Origin: a virus
Lineage: Duplodnaviria; Heunggongvirae; Uroviricota; Caudoviricetes
Direction: 5' to 3' (one strand)
Virus record (IMG/VR): IMGVR_UViG_3300031992_000041
Location: 1-64,000 of that record
Length of the DNA stretch: 64,000 nucleotides
Shown: in pieces, positions 47,336-57,162 of the stretch
Numbering within the stretch: the first letter of the stretch is position 1
Layout: each line of letters starts with the position of its first letter
Position numbers and translations under genes: made by a program
Notes under the pieces: model-generated
What the model saw: the letters and a program-made list of their open reading frames with translations, nothing else
Database searches by the model: none
Told to the model about the DNA's origin: nothing

Positions 47336-48736
47336 TCATGCAGACGCCTTCGCTTTCTTCTTTGATGCCTTCGCATAGCCCGTATGCCTGAAGATGAAAC
47401 TCACGGCCTGCGCCGGGGTCACCGTGCGGCGGCCGTCGGCGTGCATCGTACTCATGCAGAGCCTTGCGTCGGGGTCGCTCACTGCGATACCCACCAGGGC
47501 ATGCAGCATCATCCACGAGAAGTCATCCACCGTCACCTCGTCGTAGAACTCGGTCTTGGTGAACACGTCCGTCACCTGTCCCAGCTGCTGCAGGATAGAT
47601 GCCTTGGTCAGCGTCGACATCTTGCGGTCATAGTCGCCGGCATTGATGCACACAGTACCGAAGCGCTCCTGCCACGGCGTCAACTCACGCGGCTGCAGCC
47701 ATGTATTGAACAGGTCGGTAGCCATCAGCACATCTTCTACCATGGGACCGTCCTCCCACGCCACGCTCGTCTCGCCATAGCGGTTGGTCTTGATACGGAA
47801 CGTCACGCCGGGGAAATTGGCCTTCAACACCTTCTTCATGTTGTCGACGGCCACCGTCTGGCGCTCACTCTGGCTCAGTCCGGCACTCATGGCAATCAAC
47901 TTCGGCGACCACTCGTCGATCAGCGGTTGCTGCTCTGCCAGCAACTTGACCTTCTTCTCCGCCTCGATGCGCGCCTTCTCCATCGCCTCGCGCTCCAGGT
48001 CGGCCTTGATGCGGTGCAGACGGTCGCTGTACATCGTCTCGTAGTTGCAGGGCACATAGTAGTCGGAGATAGTGCTGTCGCCCATCGGGTTGCCGAAGCA
48101 GCAGTAGTGCTCCGAGCGGAACATCACCACCTTGGCCACCCTCTGCCCCTTGCGGATGCCGTTGGCAGGGTCGGGCTTTTGCAGCACCTCCCATCCGCCG
48201 TAGATACAGCCAGTCTCAGCGCAGTTCATCAACTTGCTCAATGAGGCGTTGAACAGGTCGAAGTCCTTGCATTCAAAGACATGCTCGACCATCACCACGC
48301 ACTCCTGCTTCACGCCATTGGCGAGGACCACACGCAGCAGGTCGTCGGCAGTCAGATCGCTCCAGCCGAACATCGAGCGGGTGGACTCCACGCCCCTGGC
48401 GTAGATATAGTCGCCTGCCTTCAGGTCTCGGTGGCTCCTGCTGCGGTTCAGCCTTGCCTGCTCCACGGCCATCTCCACCTTGCGGCGCTCACGCTCCTTG
48501 CGTTCCTTCTCTTCGCGCTCCCTGGCCTCACGCTCGCGGCGCTCCCTACCCTTGCGGGCCTTCGTATAGTCGCCGTTCAACTCGGCCTTGCGTTCTTCGT
48601 ACTGGGCCTGCATCTCCTGAAACTCCGCCGTGGCGTCCGGATTGTCCGCGTTCCTGTCGGGGTGCATCTTTATCACGAGCCGCCTGTGCTCCTGCTCCAG
48701 TTGCTCGATGGTCATACAATTTTCAAAGTACATCAT
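47336..48736 (-). CDS. J-domain (DnaJ-like) protein
   Basis: N-terminal TIEQLEQEHRRLVIKMHPDRNADNPDATAEFQEMQAQYE with HPD tripeptide; remainder uncharacterised. Confidence 0.7.
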   Translation of the reverse strand: MMYFENCMTIEQLEQEHRRLVIKMHPDRNADNPDATAEFQEMQAQYEERKAELNGDYTKARKGRERREREAREREEKERKERERRKVEMAVEQARLNRSRSHRDLKAGDYIYARGVESTRSMFGWSDLTADDLLRVVLANGVKQECVVMVEHVFECKDFDLFNASLSKLMNCAETGCIYGGWEVLQKPDPANGIRKGQRVAKVVMFRSEHYCCFGNPMGDSTISDYYVPCNYETMYSDRLHRIKADLEREAMEKARIEAEKKVKLLAEQQPLIDEWSPKLIAMSAGLSQSERQTVAVDNMKKVLKANFPGVTFRIKTNRYGETSVAWEDGPMVEDVLMATDLFNTWLQPRELTPWQERFGTVCINAGDYDRKMSTLTKASILQQLGQVTDVFTKTEFYDEVTVDDFSWMMLHALVGIAVSDPDARLCMSTMHADGRRTVTPAQAVSFIFRHTGYAKASKKKAKASA

Positions 48737-48780
48737 AAACTGTTCACTTTTCGCTTTTCACTTTTCGCTTCTCACTTCTC

Positions 48781-49713
48781 TCACGCCGCCTGCTTCATCT
48801 GCGCCAGCAGCACGGCCCGCAGCCGCTCGGCCAGCGTCGGCTCGTGGTTAGCGGTGCATGGCTCTGGGTTCTTGACTCTCACCTCTTCCTTCTTCCCTGC
48901 CATCATCCACTTGGCCAGGTCGAAGCGGTCATAGTCCTTATCCTCAATCTTGCAGGTCATGTCGATATTGCCAAGCAGCGGCATCAGCAGCACCAGCGTC
49001 TCGTCGCCGGTGAACATCACCGCCCTGGTGCTCTCCACGAATCGCATACCCGTAGGCTGGAAGGCCATGACGTCGCGCAGCCTCTTGCAGTTGAACGAGG
49101 CGAACATCTTGTAGGGCATCCACCCCACCTCCACGTCGCGGCTCCACTCCTTGTCGGCGATGTCGTCGTAGTGGCTCAGCCGGATCGTCCTGCCGTCACG
49201 CTCGCCGTAGACACGCATCGGGCAGTTGACCGCCGACTTGTCGATTACAGCCTGCATATCCTTCAGCACGGCGTCCCACGCCTTGGCATCCACCGTAATC
49301 GGATAGCCTGATCTCCACGGCATCACGCTGCGCCATACCGGATAGCGTGCATCCAGTTTCATCTCGGCCGTCGCGCCCTGGCTGTCGGACACCCTCACGA
49401 ACTCGTCATAGGTGTCGCTGAGTATCTCCACCGTCACCACTCCTTTCATCTTCGTCACCTCGACGGGCATCATGTGGGCACCGTTCACCACAAACACGCC
49501 CTCGCCCATCTCGCAGCGGTAGTCCTGCAACTTATGCACCGCCAGGATGTGGCCGTCGGTGGCCATCATCAACCCCGAATCAGGCTCGATGGCCGGAAAC
49601 ATCCTAAACTGGCAGAGTCTGTCTTTCCTCTCCAGACACTTCCTCATGTTCTGCACCATCTTGTCGGCCACGAACGTCATTCGCGCCAACATCTTCAATT
49701 CATTCTTTGCCAT
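48781..49713 (-). CDS. hypothetical protein (start at MAKNELKML)
   Basis: ATG (rc) 49711-49713 preceded by CTAAAACATATACGACT. Confidence 0.5.
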   Translation of the reverse strand: MAKNELKMLARMTFVADKMVQNMRKCLERKDRLCQFRMFPAIEPDSGLMMATDGHILAVHKLQDYRCEMGEGVFVVNGAHMMPVEVTKMKGVVTVEILSDTYDEFVRVSDSQGATAEMKLDARYPVWRSVMPWRSGYPITVDAKAWDAVLKDMQAVIDKSAVNCPMRVYGERDGRTIRLSHYDDIADKEWSRDVEVGWMPYKMFASFNCKRLRDVMAFQPTGMRFVESTRAVMFTGDETLVLLMPLLGNIDMTCKIEDKDYDRFDLAKWMMAGKKEEVRVKNPEPCTANHEPTLAERLRAVLLAQMKQAA

Positions 49714-49726
49714 AGTCGTATATGTT

Positions 49727-49966
49727 TTAGGGTAAAATCTTTGCTTTCTTCGTATCATCCTCAGTAGCGAGGCGTATAGGGTCGGCGTCGTTGTGGACGG
49801 AAATCACCACGAGGTTGCCGAAGAGGTCATAGCACACGCGGCTCAGCGCATCACCGCCGAGCACGACTACCTTGCCGCGCTTGATGGCGCGGTCTATCTG
49901 CTTTCTTGTCATAAGCCAAAATATTTTATGTCCATCTGTTCTCCTCCAAAAGGACTGCCGCGTCAT
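49727..49966 (-). CDS. hypothetical small protein (79 aa; start at internal MTRQSFW)
   Basis: the start codon lies in the loop of a 13-bp hairpin; the upstream part of the track ORF looks intergenic and structured. Confidence 0.3.
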   Translation of the reverse strand: MTRQSFWRRTDGHKIFWLMTRKQIDRAIKRGKVVVLGGDALSRVCYDLFGNLVVISVHNDADPIRLATEDDTKKAKILP

Positions 49967-50094
49967 CCCGACGCAGCAGTCCGAATAATAACATCTCAAA
50001 AATTTACAAGTTATGAATTTGTAATTATCCATAGTTCCCGCAGTCGCATCAAAGCACAGGTCGTAGCCGCTGCGGGATAGTTGTTTCGTTGTTT

Positions 50095-50403
50095 CTAACG
50101 TTCGTCCAACAATTCCTTTACCGTCTCGTTCTCCGCATCCTCGTCGCTCAGCACGGCAGCACCCAGCCATCCGTATGCATCGTCGATGCCCATGATATAC
50201 GCCTTGCGCTCTGCCTCCGTGTCGAACTCCCGCACCGTCAACTGGCCCTCGTCGTAGTGCTCACGTATGCCATCCACGCCGTCGGTCATATACGCCTTGG
50301 CGGCATACTCACCGAAGATGACAGTCACTCTGTGCTTCTTGCGAGTGGCGGGAAGATCCGGGTTCTTGTTGTCAATAGGTGCTGCAATCTTTTCCATAGT
50401 CAT
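50095..50403 (-). CDS. hypothetical protein (102 aa)
   Basis: ORF track. Confidence 0.45.
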   Translation of the reverse strand: MTMEKIAAPIDNKNPDLPATRKKHRVTVIFGEYAAKAYMTDGVDGIREHYDEGQLTVREFDTEAERKAYIMGIDDAYGWLGAAVLSDEDAENETVKELLDER

Positions 50404-50415
50404 TTCTCGTTTTAG

Positions 50416-50763
50416 TCAATATTCCCTCACCACTCTCCTTACCTCGCCATAGACAGCCTGCAGGCCGTCAAGCGAGAGAAACATGTCACTTCTTGGCGGC
50501 ACATACTCGTCGCTGCCCATGCTGACGATGTAGTATGGCGTACTTCCATCACGTCCGGCGTATGCGATGCGGTCGCATACCACCGTCTCGCTCGTTCCGT
50601 CCGGCTTCGTCTGAAACAGGATGAGCATCCGCTTGAACAGTACGTCCTGCCCAGGCTCCGCCCCTATCTGCTTCAGCAGACCAATAGTCTCTGTCACCAG
50701 CACCTCGCGGCAGTTCGCCACCGCCGCACTCACATTCTTTCCGATAGTTGTCTTAATCTTCAT
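50416..50763 (-). CDS. hypothetical protein (115 aa)
   Basis: ORF track. Confidence 0.5.
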   Translation of the reverse strand: MKIKTTIGKNVSAAVANCREVLVTETIGLLKQIGAEPGQDVLFKRMLILFQTKPDGTSETVVCDRIAYAGRDGSTPYYIVSMGSDEYVPPRSDMFLSLDGLQAVYGEVRRVVREY

Positions 50764-50775
50764 AGTCGTTTCGTT

Positions 50776-51420
50776 TTATGGATTACCCGTCTCTCTCAGA
50801 AATGCGTCTTTCTCGCTGTCCATCAGTCCGAAGTAGAACTCCGTCATCAGATTCACCTGATCCGTACCGTTCAGGTGTCCCCATAGTTGGCGTATCTGCG
50901 CCATCCTGTCCTGCCCCTGCTGCAACTTCTTCGGGTTCTTTACCCTTGCCAGCACATGAGCCAGGCACTCATAGATGCTACCCTGCACCTCGTGCTCGAA
51001 GTCACCATCGACATAGCAGTCAGGATTGTCCCCGTCCATGTCGGTGCTGCCCACCGACCAATAGCCCTCGCCGTCATAGTCCACCACGATGCGCTTGCCG
51101 AAGGGCTGCAGCGTCTCGTTGGCCTCGCGCAGTGTCTCGTCGAAGTCGTGCTCAGTCACTTCCAGCAGGGTCAGCTCCGTAATGTGTGCCGTCTCTGCCT
51201 CGTCACTGCTCTCATACTCCGCCACATAGCCATCCTGCGTCAGCTGTCCGTCCTTGTCCTTGCGGATGTTCAGCTCGAAGTAGCCCTCCGTGTCGGCATG
51301 GTGTTCGTCCTCCACGAAGATGAGTGCCGTCTCTTCGTCGGGATAGTTGCGGTCCAGTTCCGTCCGCATCCCCTCAACAATCTGTCCGTCGAATGACGTG
51401 AATTTGAATCTAATAATCAT
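50776..51420 (-). CDS. hypothetical acidic protein (214 aa)
   Basis: ORF track. Confidence 0.5.
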   Translation of the reverse strand: MIIRFKFTSFDGQIVEGMRTELDRNYPDEETALIFVEDEHHADTEGYFELNIRKDKDGQLTQDGYVAEYESSDEAETAHITELTLLEVTEHDFDETLREANETLQPFGKRIVVDYDGEGYWSVGSTDMDGDNPDCYVDGDFEHEVQGSIYECLAHVLARVKNPKKLQQGQDRMAQIRQLWGHLNGTDQVNLMTEFYFGLMDSEKDAFLRETGNP

Positions 51421-51439
51421 TGTCTCGTCGTTTTAATAG

Positions 51440-51826
51440 TTATGCCCATTTGCATTTCCCGTTCCTGACCGTTCCGTGGTCGCAGCCGGAATCGGGCCAG
51501 ATTTTAATTTCAGAGCCGTCAGCCATATAAGGTGCAATAACCTCAAAGGCATCCATCATAACACCTTCCCAGCCATAACAGGCATCGAAGTCGGCATACA
51601 TCCACTCCTTGTCAGGGGCGGTGTCGAGCCTGCCTTTCCAACCGCCGAAGAATATGCCCATCAGGTCATGCAGGTTGTCAGTACCTATACCAAGTTCCTT
51701 GAAGTGGTCAAGGTTATAGTTGATACGTTCCTCTTCATGCCTGTCAAGTTTAGCCTGCAGTGCTTTCTTTGCACCGTCCTCGTCAGTGAATCGTGCTTTA
51801 ATTTCTACAGAATAACATTGTCCCAT
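51440..51826 (-). CDS. hypothetical protein (128 aa)
   Basis: ORF track. Confidence 0.5.
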   Translation of the reverse strand: MGQCYSVEIKARFTDEDGAKKALQAKLDRHEEERINYNLDHFKELGIGTDNLHDLMGIFFGGWKGRLDTAPDKEWMYADFDACYGWEGVMMDAFEVIAPYMADGSEIKIWPDSGCDHGTVRNGKCKWA

Positions 51827-51841
51827 AATTCGTTGTTCTTT

Positions 51842-52639
51842 TTAGTCCACAATCCCGCCGCCGTAGAACTTGTCGAAGTCAGACTTCAATCCCTTAGCGG
51901 TCTTCTTCCATTCCTCATAGCTTGCCTTCGCCTTGTCGTTGACGATTTCCCATTCAGAAGCCATCTGGCGGCGATAGTTGCGGTAGCCTGTATAGTTGTC
52001 CGTATAGTCACGGAACACATCATCAAGGGTCCCGCCCTCAATCGTGGTGTAGTTGCCGTGCTGGTCTTTCACCACCAGGCGAATACCCTCGCTGCTTGCC
52101 GTGAATGTCGATTTGTTGCCCCACAACTCCGCGTTGATAGCGGCATGCAGAGAGTCGCACATCCGGTATATCAGTCCACCGTCAGTCAGAATAGGGAAGT
52201 CAACATACTTCAGTTCCATCTTCCGCTGGACGTGGTACTCATGGTTCCAATTCGGTGAGCACGCATTGGAGAATGATATAAGATACAGCTGCCTATCGTC
52301 TTTGCCGATAGAGATAGCGTAGAAGTACCGCCATTCCCATTCTCCGTCGTAGTGTCCTAAGTGGTTTATCGCTTCTTCAGTCAAGTCTTTCTGCTCAAAC
52401 TGGATGATAGTGTGATAATATTTACCGCATGTTCCGCAAGTACCCTCGCTTGGTCTGTGTCCGTTGTCGCTTGGGTAGTCAAACTTTCGGTCAGGACCAT
52501 AGACATCATTCACAATCCTCTCGAACATCGCCCTGCTTTCCTTGTCCTCCGAGCGCAGAAACGATAGCGCCGAGGTCATTCTGATCTTCTCGTCGTTTGC
52601 GAGATAGTTCAAATAAATCTTCGTTTTCTCCATTGTCAT
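51842..52639 (-). CDS. hypothetical protein (start at MTMEKTKIY)
   Basis: ATG (rc) 52637-52639; the upstream part of the track ORF overlaps the next gene. Confidence 0.5.
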   Translation of the reverse strand: MTMEKTKIYLNYLANDEKIRMTSALSFLRSEDKESRAMFERIVNDVYGPDRKFDYPSDNGHRPSEGTCGTCGKYYHTIIQFEQKDLTEEAINHLGHYDGEWEWRYFYAISIGKDDRQLYLISFSNACSPNWNHEYHVQRKMELKYVDFPILTDGGLIYRMCDSLHAAINAELWGNKSTFTASSEGIRLVVKDQHGNYTTIEGGTLDDVFRDYTDNYTGYRNYRRQMASEWEIVNDKAKASYEEWKKTAKGLKSDFDKFYGGGIVD

Positions 52640-52646
52640 TACTATT

Positions 52647-53489
52647 TTAGTCGTTGATGTCTCTTTGCAGGCAGAGCACGTCGCCCGTCCAGACTTGGAA
52701 CAGGGTGTGCATGGCTGCCAGGTCGGCAGGCTCGTAGCCGTCGGGGATGACGCCAAACACGTCGCAGCCCTCGCAGTCGCCGATATGCTCGGCGTTATAT
52801 ACCACCACCGAGCCGTCCTCGTTAAGCGCAAAGGCGATATGCGCCTCCTGCATCCTCTCATAGAGTGCCTGCATCTCTTTGGCCAGTGCCTCCTGTGCAG
52901 GGGTAAGCCGTATCAGCAGGTCGATGTCCTGCCGACTGCTTGTCTGCTCAAAGTAATAGTCGCGTCCGAGGAACGTTCCACTCTTTCCGGCGGAAAGGTT
53001 CTTCGTGAGCAGATAGAATCTGGCACCGCACGTCGCCCCCTTTTTCGAGGCGGCACTCATATAGTCGTCCAGTTCCTTGCCGAGACGCTCACGCAGGGCT
53101 GTGTCGATAAGGCTATACGCCCCGCCCTGGAGCATGTGGCTCCCAACCACGAGGATAGGAGTCACCGTTCCGTCGGCCGCCCGCTCCATCAGCGTCCGAG
53201 GCTCATACTTACGGCCGTAGATATACATAAACAGTCGCTCGAATATCTCCTGCTGCATATCTGGTGCAAGGTCGTCAAAGTCCTTCTCTTCTTTATAGCC
53301 ACTGTAGTCCATGCCCACGGCTATCTCGCCGCCGCACGGATCCTGATAGAGATATTCGGCCTTGGCACAGGAACCCCTACGCTCCATCCAAATATCACAC
53401 TCTCTCTTATTTCCATCACTGGTATCCATGAGGATAGCCGACAGCGAACGACGAATGTCGTCACGCTTCAATTCTTTTAATACTTCCAT
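52647..53489 (-). CDS. hypothetical protein (280 aa)
   Basis: ORF track. Confidence 0.5.
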   Translation of the reverse strand: MEVLKELKRDDIRRSLSAILMDTSDGNKRECDIWMERRGSCAKAEYLYQDPCGGEIAVGMDYSGYKEEKDFDDLAPDMQQEIFERLFMYIYGRKYEPRTLMERAADGTVTPILVVGSHMLQGGAYSLIDTALRERLGKELDDYMSAASKKGATCGARFYLLTKNLSAGKSGTFLGRDYYFEQTSSRQDIDLLIRLTPAQEALAKEMQALYERMQEAHIAFALNEDGSVVVYNAEHIGDCEGCDVFGVIPDGYEPADLAAMHTLFQVWTGDVLCLQRDIND

Positions 53490-53516
53490 GTCTTAATCTC
53501 TTTAATCTGTGGTTTC

Positions 53517-54572
53517 TTACGCTGCCAGCGGCAGGGCCAGCGGGTGCATGGCCTTGGCCACAGCGTCGTACTTACGCAGGATATAGTTCGTCGCCTTCTG
53601 CACATGGTCGATGACGCTTGGGATAAAGTCCTTGTCGTCGCGCAGCGCCTGCCGCCAGTTCTGCACATAGGCGATGTGGTTCTCATCAAGTAACTTGCCG
53701 ATGCCCAGCATGGAGCATACGCAGGCAGCCGTCAACTCCGCCACGAACTCCTCCTTGGCATAACTCTCCGTGCCGAACGAGCCGCCCAGATCGCGCTTCA
53801 CGTCGGGAGCTGTAGAGTGCGCCATCTCATGTATGGCCGTGGCATAGAACTGATGGTCGCCCTTGAACTGGCTCCGATTGGGCAGATGCACACAGTCCTC
53901 CTTGGGGCTGTAGTAGCACTCATGGCCGCCGAACACCACCTTGCAGCGCCACTCGCCACCCTCGATCATCTTGTCGAGCACCTCGTCCACCGTGCCCTGC
54001 TCATAGTCGTGCGGCGGGATAGCCGTCAGTTTCTCCCACTTCTCGGGGAACTTCTCCCTGAAGTTGGTCTGGGATAGGTTGAACTCGGGGAAGGCCCGCA
54101 TAGAGAAGAACTTTCTGCACTCGGCCTTTTCCTCGTCCGATAGTTCGTCGTACTCCTTTGGCGTCAGTCGCTTGCCGTCCTTGTAGAAGTTAGGCAGCAT
54201 CTTCACCACGGGGAAACTGCTCTGGAACACGGGCAGGCCCTTGTCGTTGAACACAGGCATGCCGTCCTCGTCCGTCTTCATATTCAGGCTCAGTCCCATG
54301 TCCGTCAGTTGATCGAAGGTCAGGAAGTAAGGCGTCTCCCACCCCTTGATGCTGCACAATAGCGTCAGCAGGAAGTTGTTCATGCCCCGATAGGGCTTGC
54401 TCCTGCGCTGATAGTTGGCGGGCTCCCCGTGCGCCGGTGCCACCCACGGCTTATTATACTTTGCGCCCTCCATCTCATCAAGGGCGACGGTGAATAACTC
54501 GGCATACTTCGCCTTCTGTTTGTCGTTCATCTGGAACCCCTTACGGGCTCCGTTAGTCTTTGTCTGTTTCAT
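53517..54572 (-). CDS. ardC: ArdC-like antirestriction protein (ArdC_N/DUF1738 plus zincin HExxH domain)
   Basis: N-terminal YNKPW…PYRGMNNFLL…GWETPYFLTFDQ pattern of ArdC_N; C-terminal AIHEMAHST zinc-metallopeptidase motif. Confidence 0.75.
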   Translation of the reverse strand: MKQTKTNGARKGFQMNDKQKAKYAELFTVALDEMEGAKYNKPWVAPAHGEPANYQRRSKPYRGMNNFLLTLLCSIKGWETPYFLTFDQLTDMGLSLNMKTDEDGMPVFNDKGLPVFQSSFPVVKMLPNFYKDGKRLTPKEYDELSDEEKAECRKFFSMRAFPEFNLSQTNFREKFPEKWEKLTAIPPHDYEQGTVDEVLDKMIEGGEWRCKVVFGGHECYYSPKEDCVHLPNRSQFKGDHQFYATAIHEMAHSTAPDVKRDLGGSFGTESYAKEEFVAELTAACVCSMLGIGKLLDENHIAYVQNWRQALRDDKDFIPSVIDHVQKATNYILRKYDAVAKAMHPLALPLAA

Positions 54573-54710
54573 AACTCGTAATTTTTTGTTTAATTTTGAA
54601 TTTAATTTTGTTCAATTTCCACCCGTCAGGGTGTTAAAAAAGGGGAGCCTGGGGCAGCCAAGCATCGTCCTCCCTCTCCATAGGCATTTGGGCTCCCCTA
54701 TAGATATCGC

Positions 54711-55511
54711 CTACGCTGCCTTACCCATAGCGTTCACGATATCCATCGCCTCCTTGTCGCCGGCGATAACGCGTTTGATCAGGTCGGCCACCTCCTGCTC
54801 GGTATAGACCTTACCCTCGGGCTTCTCTGCCTTGTGCTCCTCGCGCTCGGCCTTCGCCTGAGCCTTGTCAGCGGCACGCTTTTCGTCGTACTTGGCCAGC
54901 ATAGCCTTGCAATCGTCGATGCTCTTGCCCTCGTTCAGCGCGTCGCACAGTTGCTTGGCGAACGCCACGTATGCCTTGCCGAACAGCAGGCAGCCGTCCT
55001 GCGGGCTTCCGTGCAGCACGGCGGCTGTATCTTTCTTATAGACCGCATCGTCATCCTTGAACCCTGCAATCTTGGCACAGGTCTTGCCCTTCTTGTTCTG
55101 ATAGGTCGAATAGGTGAATGACTGGCTCTTCTTATTCGCAGCCTGCGAAGAATCAGGTGCCTGTCCCTGTGATTTGCCGCCCTTAGCCTTGCCCTTGGGC
55201 TTTTCGGCCTTAGGCTCGCCCATCTTCACGGTCTTGGCCTTGGGCTTCTCAGGCTTGATGTCCTCGACCTCCTCCACGTCGTCGCTCGCCTTGGTCTCCG
55301 TAGCGGTAGTGCCGTCAGCAAACTTCCAACCGCCTGCCAGCAGTTTCTCCACCTGCGCCACAGGCATAGGCATCGCCACTGGTGCACGGTCGCCAGAGGT
55401 AAACTCCACCTTGATTTTCTCGTCGTCGATAGCCTCGGTGACGACATACTTCATGTTACCATTCACGATTGTCTTGCCGATAAGGTCGGCGGCCTTTACA
55501 TTCTTTGTCAT
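54711..55511 (-). CDS. hypothetical Lys-rich protein (266 aa)
   Basis: ORF track. Confidence 0.5.
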   Translation of the reverse strand: MTKNVKAADLIGKTIVNGNMKYVVTEAIDDEKIKVEFTSGDRAPVAMPMPVAQVEKLLAGGWKFADGTTATETKASDDVEEVEDIKPEKPKAKTVKMGEPKAEKPKGKAKGGKSQGQAPDSSQAANKKSQSFTYSTYQNKKGKTCAKIAGFKDDDAVYKKDTAAVLHGSPQDGCLLFGKAYVAFAKQLCDALNEGKSIDDCKAMLAKYDEKRAADKAQAKAEREEHKAEKPEGKVYTEQEVADLIKRVIAGDKEAMDIVNAMGKAA

Positions 55512-55676
55512 AGTCTCTGAATTTTTATTGTTACGATTTTGTTCCGTTAATACTCACGCTGCCATAGCCAGCGTATCCTGCTCGTCCTCGTCGTACTCTA
55601 CGCCGAGCGAGTTCATAAAGCGCTCCATCTTGGCACGTTCTCTTCTGTCTAATCTTCTCATAGTCGTTTTGATAGT

Positions 55677-55964
55677 TTACGCTGCCATAGCCATCTGCAC
55701 GGGCAGGGCCATGTTCAGCAGTTGCACGTTCACTTCGGGTAGGAATGGCATATCGAGCCATACAACCGTATAGCCCCAGTCCTCGTCTATAGGCGAGAAC
55801 GTCCCGAAGAACGCCTCGCAAATCATTCTCACGTCGGCCATCACGGGCACGTTAGCCTTGTCGATAGCCAACTGGTCTTCGTCACTCCAGTCGCAGAACT
55901 TTGCACCGTGCGCAGTAGCACACTTCTGCATAGCCTCTTTCAGATTCTCCAAATTTGCTTTCAT
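55677..55964 (-). CDS. hypothetical protein (95 aa)
   Basis: ORF track; ends …AMAA. Confidence 0.45.
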   Translation of the reverse strand: MKANLENLKEAMQKCATAHGAKFCDWSDEDQLAIDKANVPVMADVRMICEAFFGTFSPIDEDWGYTVVWLDMPFLPEVNVQLLNMALPVQMAMAA

Positions 55965-55966
55965 AA

Positions 55967-56314
55967 TTATGCTGCCTTAGTGTTCATTCCAAAATCTTCT
56001 CTCTCGTCCCAGGGGATATAGAGCAGTTCGCTCTCGATGAGTGCGTCGATAGCCACACGGGCACACTTACAGGCCCACTCGTTGCGCGGATCGAAGCGAC
56101 CCTTGCGTTCACAGATAGCCAACTGCTTCAAATACTCGATACACAACTTGGCACGCTCCTGCACCAGATAGCGGTGGTCTTGCGCCATAGCCTGCGCCAC
56201 CTCTTTCGTGTGGCTCAGACCGCCGTTAATAAACCTGCTCTCCGTCTCCACGAACTCCACTTCTCGCTCGTAGAGTTTTGCCTTAATCTCATCATACATA
56301 GTCTTGCCCTCCAA
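55967..56314 (-). CDS. hypothetical protein (115 aa)
   Basis: ORF track. Confidence 0.45.
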   Translation of the reverse strand: MEGKTMYDEIKAKLYEREVEFVETESRFINGGLSHTKEVAQAMAQDHRYLVQERAKLCIEYLKQLAICERKGRFDPRNEWACKCARVAIDALIESELLYIPWDEREDFGMNTKAA

Positions 56315-56487
56315 TTTTTAGTTCGACATCATGCAGCCGATAGTCAATAAGGCTGCATCAACAATCCCCATAAACGTCAGCGCGGTAAGAGTCCGCACAA
56401 TAATGCGCTCGCCACGTGGCGTGTTCGCCCAGCGACGCGCTTGTGCCAGGCGATAGTAAACCTTCCGTTTCATAGCCGTATAGTCGT

Positions 56488-56766
56488 TTAATAGTGACGA
56501 ATACCCAATACCCGATGCCCAGTCAGGCGGTCGAGTCGCCTGCTGATTTCGATATAGAGAAACTCCACGCTCAGCGGAGCCACAAAGATGCACGGCAGAC
56601 CGATAGCCAGCCGTACCCATGTCGGTGTGCCGTCGGGGATAGCGTTTGCCAGCGTCGCTGCCGTCAGATACATAGCGTAGAACGTGATGGAAAAACCCGC
56701 TACCATCCACAAAAATCGCACCATCTTAATAGCAACCTTAGTTGCAATAGCCTTAATCTTCTTCAT
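56488..56766 (-). CDS. hypothetical membrane protein (93 aa; start at MKKIKAIA)
   Basis: ATG (rc) preceded by GGGAGGACAAGACT; two predicted TM helices. Confidence 0.4.
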   Translation of the reverse strand: MKKIKAIATKVAIKMVRFLWMVAGFSITFYAMYLTAATLANAIPDGTPTWVRLAIGLPCIFVAPLSVEFLYIEISRRLDRLTGHRVLGIRHY

Positions 56767-56783
56767 AGTCTTGTCCTCCCATA

Positions 56784-56981
56784 TTAGGCGCAAAACCCGT
56801 CGAAGGGGTTCATGTCGATGATAACGGCGTGCTCGCCATACTCCTCCGCCATGTCGGCGAAGGCACACTCCATAGCCTTTGCGTCGGCGGATGTCAGGTG
56901 CATACTTGCAGCCATAGTCGCTGCGATAGATACGATACGCGCACTCTTCTTGGCGGTGCTTACCATAGTCTTTGCTTTCAT
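56784..56981 (-). CDS. hypothetical protein (start at MKAKTM, or at MVSTAKK 15 nt downstream)
   Basis: ORF track with the start moved past the overlap; AGACTATGG context at the alternative start. Confidence 0.35.
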   Translation of the reverse strand: MKAKTMVSTAKKSARIVSIAATMAASMHLTSADAKAMECAFADMAEEYGEHAVIIDMNPFDGFCA

Positions 56982-57162
56982 AATTGTAATTTTTGAATTG
57001 TTGAACACTTGGTTTATTATAACACGTTAAACACATCATTCTCGGTCACACTCTCCACACGCACCTGCTGCCCGTGGTCTTGCATAGTCTGTGCAATAGA
57101 CTCGCACGTTATCCTCTCGCCAATAAACAGGGTGGCGATGCCCATCATAATCTTTGCCATAG

